The notes beneath the pieces are model-generated. The model was given only the letters and a program-made list of their open reading frames with translations, had not been told where the DNA came from and ran no database searches. From contig NC_043001.1 of the NCBI RefSeq assembly GCF_006345805.1, forward strand, positions 77,562,001-77,626,000: a stretch of 64,000 bases of DNA, given 5' to 3'. How positions within the stretch are numbered: position 1 is the first letter of the stretch; each line of letters opens with the position of its first letter. The position numbers were made by a program, and so were the translations under genes. The DNA is from Octopus sinensis. Its lineage: Eukaryota. Below, in pieces: positions 54,175 through 64,000 of the stretch.

Positions 54175-54728
54175 ATATCTATCTATCTATCTATCTGTCT
54201 GTCTGTCTGTCTGTCTGTCTGTAGTACACATCGTTAACGAAATAGATATAATGCATAGGAGCACTTCTTCAGGTTCTTTCATTTCCCAGTTCAAATGTCC
54301 TCAGGTCAAATTTTCCTTTCATCCTTTTAGCGGTCGATAAAATGAGTAACAGTTGTGGATTGTAATCGGTGGAGTCGACTAATTTCCTCCTTGGTCATAT
54401 GGTACAAAGAAAAAGAATAAAATATTAGTCATATCAGGTAAAATAGTTATAGTACACACAATATAGTTCCGTATATATTCAGAATTCAGAAATATATATA
54501 TAGTAGATTATACCACGTATATAAACACAAATTCATATTCATACCTAATATATATATATATAGGCGCAGGAGTGGCTGTGTGGTAAGTAGCTTGTTTACC
54601 AACCATATGGTTCCGGGTTCAGTCCCACTGCGTGGCACCTTGGGCAAGTGTCTTCTAATATAGAGCCTCGGCCGACCAAAGCCTTGTGAGTGGATTTGGT
54701 AGACGGAAACTGAAAGAAGCCCGTCGTA

Positions 54729-54778
<50 letters not shown>

Positions 54779-55141
54779 TATATATAGGTTATAAAATGAG
54801 ATAGGGGTTTTGAAATTCAACCCACCATGGGATAATATATATCCAATATACTGCCAGATAGGTACCCAACAAGATTAATACATAGATGTTAAAAATTGTC
54901 AAACAATCAGTTCATCTATTGTATTATATGGGTAAAGGTAATAATATTACCGTAAATTAATACTACAAAATTAGAGAAAATGGAGAAACCATACTTAAAT
55001 CAATAAAACATCAACTATCCGATGATACCCCATCATACTTTTAATACACCATTACATATGAGTAAAGGCATATAATAAATGAGATATACAGTAATAGTAA
55101 AAGATAAAGATATAAGTAAAAAATTTTCGAATATAATATGC

Positions 55142-55273
55142 AATTAAATCAAAACTGACAGCTGTTTCGTCAGTGAGGGCAGTCATACCTCATTTAACCT
55201 CTTAGCCTAAAAGGCAGGTATAAATGGGGCATTAACAAGATGCCCCACGGCCTCTTCAGAGAATTAATTAAAT
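55142..55273 (-). ncRNA. Type I hammerhead ribozyme motif with long stem II (left arm)
   Basis: CTGAAGA (55259-55253), GGCCGTGGGGCA...TGCCCTCACTGAC, GAAA-C AGCT G-TC (55168-55157); GUC triplet; palindromic loop III. Confidence 0.7.
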
Positions 55274-58200
55274 TTGTTATAATTGTGAAAAATATAATAT
55301 AACCATATACATATAAATATAAAAATATAAAAATGTAAAATATAAAAATATAAAAACTTATACATCATAATGCTACACTTATATAATATAATACTTATTG
55401 TACAATAAAGGAAGTAAACAGAACAAATAAAACAAATATATATCGGTGTATATACTAATATTAATAAGTACCGATATTATACATATTGGCTAATAGTTTT
55501 TAAAAAAAAAAAAAACTAACACATAGGGAGATGAAAAATAATAATTAACCATGGTTCCAGTTCATAAATTCTAAAGCTATGAAAGTTAATAAAATTACTA
55601 TTAATATTAATAATAGAATAATAAAAAATATAATAATATAATAGATACAGTTAAGTTAGCACCAAGTCCATCCTTTCAGATCGAAATAACTATGAGTTTT
55701 TGAAATGCTGATCACTAGGTAAGAAATTTTAGATAATTCGATTGGCTATTGGTTTGAAATTTAAATCACAAACGAAAATATATACGGGTTGGGTAGTCAC
55801 GAACGCCAAATATTCACACACGCATCTACAGATCAATCGCACATACACACATAGTTATATGTATATACATACACTTATACACATACATAATCACAAGCAA
55901 CAAACAACTAGCACATAGATAAACAAAAAGGGAAGCAGCTATGCTACCATTTAGTCCTTCAAAATTATAACTGTGCTTCAAATAACGAAAAAGAACCACC
56001 CATGCATTTCATAAAATATTTAATTTAGATATAAATATTTTTTAAATATCAGTATGTTACTAAGTCAGAAAATTATTTCATGGGTAACTTAAAATTTATA
56101 ACACCGGTTTGTTTGCAAAGTAAACATACGGTTGTTAGATTTATCGTAGTTTGTTATGATTCCAAGTACGCTAAATTATAAATATAAAATATATATTAAT
56201 TTATATATTATAAATAATCACTTATTTACTTAATAATTTAATGCCATAATATACCAGTTTTATGCATTAAAAATAGAAGGGGAAGTACTAATGGAAACGC
56301 TTATAGAACATCACAGAAATTTTAAAAAAATGTATATTATAAATACTTAAGGTAAATGTGAAAAATAAATAAGAAGGAATAAAAACTAAGGAAATAATAC
56401 GGTATACACCATATTATAAGTACAACCCAGTATATATGTATTCATATATTATTAAAATTAAATAAAAATAAATGATAGATATGTATGTATAAAAACTACC
56501 TAGTATAAGTAAATAAGTAAAAATAATAGATAACAAATTAGATGACTTGATATGTATGTAAACATCTACACTTAAATAGGCAAATAAATAAATAATTAGA
56601 AGACTAAATGCAGAGATGATAACATTACAATAAATAAATAAAATAAATAAAAATAAATAAAGTGAATATATATGTTTATTGTTGAAAGTAAATATGTATG
56701 GAAGGATAATAAAAGTACAGATCCAGAGGACTATAGATATAAACTAAATATATAAGGCTGGTAATATTTATAAAGCCAAATGTATGTAAATGAGAAAATG
56801 AAAAAAATGAAAAAATGAAAAAGGTTTATTAGTGAGTAGCATAAGATACAAATTAAGGTGAGTACAAAGAAAGACCAATACATAACAAAAAACACTTCCA
56901 AAAAACACATACAAAAAACCTATATTTCTCTACCTAAACATACCAAACTTATAAAAGGCTCTCATACTTACATATTATACAATATCCTTACATTATCTAG
57001 AGCTAGGTATCTAACCAGATATACATATATACTATGCAATATACTATGCAATATTAGAAAACTTCAAAATCACATATTACAAGGCAAATACCAAAGTGAA
57101 TTGTTATATCGTGTCATATTGCATTTCCCTTAAAAAACAACAAAAACCCCATACAAAAACAGAACAAATAATTACTAGACACATCTATTATTATTATACA
57201 AATGTAGCCTAAAAATTATAAAATTATAAATTTATAATTTGTATACTTAAGAATTATAGAAGATCACAGGTATATTTAGTTTAAAGAGGGAGTTGAAAAA
57301 TAATATAGTGGAAGTGCTAAGTTCTATTTGAATCTAGAAAAGGTGAACGGTAGCCTATGAATGCAAAGAAGTTTTTTTCATTAATGTTGTTTAATAATTT
57401 GCCGACCCGCTTTAATAATGAAAAAATTTCATTAATACTAGAGAGCATTTTTTATTTTTTCCATTATACACAGGTGCTGAAGTTAGTATACTTCCCCTTC
57501 TATTTTTTAATGCCTAAACTGGTATATTATGGCATTAAATTTATTAAGTAAAATAAGTGATTTATTTATAATATATAAATTAAATATATATTTATATTTT
57601 ATAATTTAGCGTACTTGGAATCATAACAAACTTACGATAAATCTAACAACCGTATGTTTACTTTGCAACAAACCGGTGTTATAAATTTTTAAGTACCCAT
57701 GAAATATTTTCTGACTTAGTAACATACTGATATTTAAAAATATATTTATATCTAAATTAAATATTTTATGAAATGCATGGTGGTTCTTTTTTCGTTTATT
57801 TGAAGCACAGTTATAATTTTGAAGGACTAAATGGTAGCATAGCTGCTTCCCTTTTTGTTTATCTATGTGCTAGTTGTTGCTTGTGATTATGTATGTGTAT
57901 GTGTATGTATATACATATAACTATGTGTGATGTGCGATTGATCTGTAGATGCGTGTGTGAATATTGGCGTTCCGTGACTAACCAACCGTAAATTTTCCTT
58001 TGTGATTTAAATTTCAAACCAATAGCCATCGAATTAATCTAAATTTTCTTTACCTAGTGATCAGCATTTCTAAACTCATAGTTATTTCGATCTTGAAGGA
58101 TGGACTTGGTGCTAACTTAACTGTATCTATTATTATTATTATTATTTTTATTATTCTATTATTAATATTAATAGTAATTTTTATTAACTTTCATAGCTTT

Positions 58201-58500
58201 AGAATTTTATGAACTGAACCATGGTTTTAATTATTATTTTTCATCTCCCTATGTGTTATTTTTTTTTTTAAAAAAAACTATTAGCCAAATATGTATAATA
58301 TCGTACTTATAATATTAGTATATACACCGATATATTTTGTTTTATTTTGTTCTGTACCTTCCTTTATTGTACCAATAAGTATTATATTATATAAGTGTAG
58401 CATTATGATGTATAGTTTTTATATTTTTTATATTTTACATTTTTATATTTTTATATTTATATGTATATGTTATATATTTTTTTCACAATTACAAATAACA

Positions 58501-58632
58501 ATTTAATTAATTCTCTGAAGAGGCCGTGGGGGCTCTTGTTAATGCCTCATTTATACCTGCCTTTATGGCTAAGAGGTTAAAATGAGGTATGACTGCCCTC
58601 ACTGCCGAACAGCTGTCAGTTTTGATTTAATT
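58501..58632 (+). ncRNA. Type I hammerhead ribozyme motif (right arm; one A of GAAA missing as assembled)
   Basis: CTGAAGA at 58515, GGCCGTGGGGGC...GCCCTCACTGCC, GAAC AGCT GTC ending at 58617. Confidence 0.6.
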
Positions 58633-58816
58633 GCATATTATATTCGAAAATTTTTTACTTATATCTCTTATCTTTTACTATTACTGTATATCTCATTTTA
58701 ATAATGCCTTTACTCATATTAATGGTGTATTAAAGTATTGATTGGGTATCATCGGATAGTTGATGTTTTATTGATTTAAGTATGTTTCTCCATTCTCTAA
58801 TTTTGTAGTATATATT

Positions 58817-58847
<31 letters not shown>

Positions 58848-58864
58848 TATATTATATATATATA

Positions 58865-58896
<32 letters not shown>

Positions 58897-59122
58897 GCAT
58901 GTGTGTGCTTGTGTGTCTGTGTTTGTCCCCCTAGCATTGCTTGACAAACGATGGTGGTGCGTTTATGTCTCCGTTACATAGCGGTTCGGCAAAAGTGACC
59001 GATAGAATAAGTACTGGGCTTATAAAAGAATAAGTCCCGGGGTCGAGTTACTCGATTAAAGGCGGTGCTCCAGCATGGACGCAGTCAAATGACTGAAACA
59101 AGTAAGAGAGTAAAAGAGAGTA

Positions 59123-59155
<33 letters not shown>

Positions 59156-59518
59156 ATACAGATGTATACATACCTATATATATGTATATATTTACGTATG
59201 TATATAGCTTGAAGGAAAATGCATATAAAAACAATCATATATAATGGATTTCAACTGACATTCTCCCATAAGTCAACAAATTAACGAACACAGAAGGCGC
59301 TTTCCTTGGTTCATGCTCAAGCCTGTAATTATGTTTTAACCGGTATGATATATGTACCAGCGTCTTATAGATCGATGTGTATTGCTTCAGAGAAGAAGCC
59401 ATATTGAAATATGGGCACCACAGAAAAGATATAGGGCGTAAATGTTGTTTATTGTTACATTATCTAAGATAGTGAATGGCAAGTGTATTTGGTGGCATAC
59501 ACACACACACACACACAT

Positions 59519-59553
<35 letters not shown>

Positions 59554-59960
59554 CATACTTATATATATATATATATGTATATATATGCATATATACATAC
59601 ATACATATATATATATATTATATATATATATAAACATCTATAGATAGATATATATATAAACATAAGTGCATATATTTTTAAATGCACTGGGATATATATA
59701 TACGTATGTACGTATATATGTATGCATTGTACTACATGTACGTACTGAAATTAACAGACCGATATATATTAATATAATATATATATATATATATATATAT
59801 AGTATATAATATATATTCACACCCACACACACGCACATATATATATATATATATATTGGCACATATGCAAATGATTATGTTACAAGCATACCTAAACGCA
59901 AAACGCACGCCAACATACTTACATACATATACATTATGTGTATGGGCACATGTAAATGAT

Positions 59961-60015
<55 letters not shown>

Positions 60016-60539
60016 TGTATGTAAATTACTATGTATACATGCATACACATACACACACATACACACACGCATAAACACAGTAAGAAAACCTTCTTCTATT
60101 TTTTTCTTTTCACTGTGTTTTTAATATATATTTAATACATTTTAATTAAAATAAATATTACTGTAAATATTGGAACTGTACCAAGAATTCTTTGCAAAAG
60201 TGTTTTTTTTTAATAAATAAACACACGCACTCTCTCTCTCACACAAGCACACACACACAGAGCTGCACACGCACGCACATATACATAGATGCATACATGT
60301 GTGCGTGAGTGTGAATGTGCTTGAATGTGTGAGTGTGTGTTTCTGTGTGCGTGTGTACTTTGGAAACGCATAGTTTGAATGTGTGCCTAACTTGACATGT
60401 GTTGGATTAACATTATTTATTTGTGGATTGATAATATTCCTAATAGTTTTACGCGGAAAAGATTACCCAGACACCTTCAAGTAGTCCTCTTAAGATTGGA
60501 ATGGTAATCATCCTCATTTTGCAGACGATTATCAGTATT

Positions 60540-61782
60540 TATGAGGGGTGTTCATTAAAGATTTTCTCTGATCCACTTCCCAAGGACTGAGATAAACGAA
60601 ACTTGGCATAATTATTAAGACTTTTCAACATAGCCACCACTATGGGTAACATACTCTTCCCATTGTTTTATGCAGCTATGAAGTAGCATCTGGAAACAAG
60701 ACTTTACTTCGGAAATAAGTTCATTATCATCCGAAAATTGCTTTCCCTTCAAAATAGACTTTAAGTTTGGAAATATACTTTAAGTCAGATGGTGCGCGGT
60801 CGGGAGAGTAAGGGAGATGAAAAAGGATTTCATAGCTGCAGGTATGTGCTTTCATTTGGGAAACATGTATATTGTGAACTATAGCGTTGTCTTGGAGGAG
60901 GCAGACTTCTTTGGTCAGCATGCCACGCCTCTCTGCTTTGATGGCGTCCCACAATATCTGCTGCAGCGAAGCACAATATGCCCCTTTAATTGTGATGCCC
61001 TTTGCCAGAAAATCCATTATCGCTACTCCGCGCTGGCCCCAAAAGACTGAGCATCACCTTGTCTGCTGATGGTTGGACACGAGATTCCTTTGGAGGTGGT
61101 GAGTTATCATGGTTCCATTGCTTCGACTGGACTTTAGTCTCAAGATCATAGTGATGGATTCTTGTTTTATCCTGTGTAATAAATCTACCGAAAGCGTCCT
61201 CCTCGTTTTCTTGGCTCGTTGCCAAATGAGCCTGGGAGCAATTGACTTGTGCCTTCTTCTGAAAAGGTGTGAGCATCCGAGGAACCCAACGTGCAACGTG
61301 CAGACAACTTTTGCATGTGCAAATGGTCGTAAGCGATTTTCCACGGACCCTACACTAATCTTCACTTTTTGAGATAGTTGCGGAATAGTTATCTGGCAGT
61401 CCTCCAAAATGGCGGCTTCCACTTTATGGATGGTGTCGTCATCAATGGCGGAATATGGTCGTCCACAGTTAAAGTGGCAATGCCACTGCTTCACTACATT
61501 GTATGATGGTACATGGTCACCATAAACTTCTTTCATCTCATCGAAAGTCTCTTTTGCTGTACGACCTTTCAAGTATAAGAACCTGATCACTGATCTGCAT
61601 TCAACTGCCTCCATTATAACACCTTAGTCCACTTCAGCACTCGTAAAAGACAAACGAATACTAGTGGAAAGCTGCAATTTACAATGTGAAATGTAGAGAG
61701 TATGTTTATACCTGTACAAGTTCCGTTTCTTGCAGTAACCGGAAGTGGGTCGGGAAAATTTTTAACGAACACACCTCGCATA
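60540..61782 (-). mobile_element. Mariner (DD34D-type) transposon with both TIRs and a decayed transposase
   Basis: TIRs TATGAGGGGTGTTCATTAAAGATTTTCTCTGATCCACTTCC / GGAAGTGGGTCGGGAAAATTTTTAACGAACACACCTCGCATA; MEAVECRSVIRFLYLKG...ITQDKTRIHHYD...LLQDNA...PYSPDRAPSD. Confidence 0.9.
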
Positions 61783-61857
61783 TTAGAAGAATTGTGGGTA
61801 TCCTTTATCCCTTTCCATATGAAACCGATGGTAGCTTCGGAAATCTAAAAATAGAGC

Positions 61858-61916
<59 letters not shown>

Positions 61917-61934
61917 CTATATAATATTATATAG

Positions 61935-62225
61935 CAGAGGTTGGACAAAACAATGGAAACACCGGGCATCATAGCATTATAATTTTGAAATATCTATCAA
62001 ACCGTCAAAACCTTGTTTATTTTTATGTTATTTATTTATTTATTATTAGTGTTGGTTAATATGTTTAACTAAAATTGCTGTTTCGTTTTATATATCATCA
62101 GAAAAAGGTAATCAAAATTCATTAAAATGAGAGATCTATCGGACTTTGAAAGAAGTCAAATTGTTGGTCTCGTATGGCAGGTGCTAGCGTAACGAAAACA
62201 GGCGAAATGTTTGAAGTACTCTCTC
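61935..62225 (+). mobile_element. Tc1-like transposon 5' fragment
   Basis: CAGAGGTTGGACAAAACAATGGAAACACC end; ATG at 62127, MRDLSDFERSQIVG...GASVTKTGEMF. Confidence 0.7.
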
Positions 62226-63085
62226 GAAAAAAGTTCATCTTTTGCTATGATAAACTGTCCAAATGCTTTCATTACCTCTTCTATTACTTATAAAAAGCTC
62301 AAATTGCTTAAATACGTGATGATCAGATGGAGAGATATCAGAGAAATAGGGATGTTGCAAAATCTCATAATTCAGGCTTTACAATTTTTGGACCGTAGCT
62401 TGAGAAGTGTGAGGACGTGCATTGTAGTGGAGCAAAATTGGGCCATCTCTATTCACTAGTCTGGGTCACTTCTTTTTCGAATTCTCATGCATAATATCAG
62501 TTTTCTGGCAATAGGGTGTTGCTGTTACCGTTTTGCTTTGTTGCAAAAATAAATAATGAATAACTCCTTTCGCAGGCCACCGAACATTGACCACTAACTT
62601 TTTAGGGTGCATTGGTGGGTTTGGGTAGCTCCTGCATCTAATCATTGTCCTGTTATCCTGCTGTTGTCAAAGAGTATACATTTCTTATCCCAAGTAATGA
62701 CTTGATGCAAAAATAGTCTTTTTCCAGTTGAGAAAGCAATTTTTACTGGTGTCCAAAAACAGTTGTGTGATATGTTTGGAGTTTTGATGAAAGTTTTCGA
62801 ACCTTTGTTCTTGGATTTTGTTCAACCAAAATGTTTAATCCGTCATGCCGAGTAACTGATTTTGGCCTACCCCTTGGTTTATTTTCATGGCTATCATCTG
62901 AACGAGAGCTCTGGAACCATCTCTGAACAGTTCTGATGTCAACGAAACCATTACCAAAAGCCCGCTTGATATTCCGTAGAGATTCTGCGGCAGAGTGAGC
63001 CAGCTTGTACTCATATGAGAAAATCACTCAACATAGTTTGGTTGTTATCATCTTCATAATGAATGTGAGTACGAATTTTGTATAA
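62226..63085 (-). mobile_element. Second degenerate mariner transposase remnant
   Basis: FSYEYKLAHSAAESLRNIKRAFG...TVQRWF...PRGRP; LFLHQVITWDKKCIL; ILLHYNARPHT. Confidence 0.75.
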
Positions 63086-63919
63086 CAATATTGCTGGGAA
63101 AAAAAAAGAGTCAAGATTAAACGCAAGGTATACATAATAGAGTTTTTAAATGACTGAAATAGCAAATAGTTAAAAATGAGACATTTCATAATTAGATGTA
63201 AGTGTGTACAGAATTAAGTATACGCAGGAAACACGGAAAAGTAATTGTTTAATAAAATTGTAAAATATTCGCGAAGGATAATATATTGAATTTGTTCCTG
63301 CGGTTTGGAAAGATAGACGTACTTCGGCGCACACACACACACGCACACACGCATACACACGTACACACACACAAAAGCGGGGGAGGGGAGGAGTGAGATA
63401 AAGAAAGGGATGAACTGACAAAGGGAAAGAGAGAGAGGGTGGGGGATGTGAACAGAACGAAAGTGAAAGTAAACCAAGCAGAAAAAAAGAAGACAGAGCA
63501 ACTGAGTGATTTTTTTTTATGTAGATTAATGTACAGCTTGCTAGCTAGCTAGACAGGTAGATAAATAGATATATAGATAGATATAGGTATGGTGTTAGTG
63601 AGAGAGAAGTAGCAGACATAGAGATATTTAGGAGACAGGTAGTGAGAAGGAGTAATGAATGTGCTTGAATGAGATGTGCGTTAAATAATTCAAAGCGATG
63701 CAGGGTTGTCAGTTTTATGGTTAAATGGCATTTATATCATCTTCGCAACCAGAATCGCAAGCATTTGTCTGTTCGTGTAGCTGATACTTAGATGTGTTAT
63801 AGATAAGTAGATAGTTTCATAGATTCTTAGATCGATATAACTAGGCGGATGTGTGGTAATATATATATATAGAGAGAGAAATATGCTAATAGTCCGGTCT
63901 ACACATGTATGCATGTATG

Positions 63920-63953
<34 letters not shown>

Positions 63954-64000
63954 TGTATGTATGTATGTATGTATGTATGTGGGTGGGTGTATATATGCGT

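Larger units (their letters stand above)
54787..58811 (+). mobile_element. Probable Penelope-like element relic with inverted terminal arms
   Basis: Inverted arms ~54961-56291 and ~57484-58811, each carrying a hammerhead; spacer has weak plus-strand PLE-like peptides (KTYISLP near 56915, LILESIF near 57432); (TA)n on both sides. Confidence 0.55.
54561..59121 (+). mobile_element. Single SINE B copy split by a 4-kb insertion in its internal (TA)n
   Basis: Head 54561-54728 (GGCGCAGGAGTGG...GAAAGAAGCCCGTCG); matching tail 58897-59121 (GTTTGTCCCCC...CAGTCAAATGACTGAAACAAG). Confidence 0.8.

Noticed and set aside
54850-55030. Plus-strand RLIHRC*KLSNN peptide as a PLE RT-thumb remnant
   Set aside because: Opposite to the orientation implied by the hammerhead in that arm, interrupted by stops, and short enough to be chance
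54787-58811. AT-rich block as a mitochondrial insertion (NUMT)
   Set aside because: No recognisable mitochondrial gene, rRNA or tRNA; the hammerhead motifs and inverted arms fit a Penelope-like element better
62075-62105. CTGATGA...GAAACAGC on the minus strand as a hammerhead
   Set aside because: No pairable stem II and no UH cleavage site; it lies in the Tc1 upstream region

Overview
Repeat-saturated, AT-rich eukaryotic DNA. It is most likely octopus, judged from my recollection of these SINE families and the (TA)n/(TG)n/(TAA)n/(TATC)n microsatellite load; no database search was run. I found no host protein-coding gene, rRNA, tRNA gene or CRISPR array, and most of the supplied ORFs are microsatellite read-throughs. 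Main contents: (1) an apparently full-length L1/Tx1-clade LINE (43.4-49.5 kb) and a 5'-truncated relative (50.1-54.2 kb), both inside (TATC)n arrays, plus older degenerate copies; (2) several R4/Dong-like REL-endonuclease LINE fragments and six copies of a ~555-bp non-coding element, all tied to (TAA)n and co-oriented within clusters; (3) five type I hammerhead-ribozyme motifs in short or Penelope-like elements, including two in a 4-kb block with 1.33-kb inverted arms inserted in the internal (TA)n of one SINE; (4) an RTE fragment, mariner/Tc1/maT remnants, MITEs and many SINEs; (5) fold-back duplications anchored on (TA)n. Many lesions are 1-bp indels, so some may be long-read consensus errors. 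Coordinates were read by eye and element ends are approximate (about +/-10 bp).
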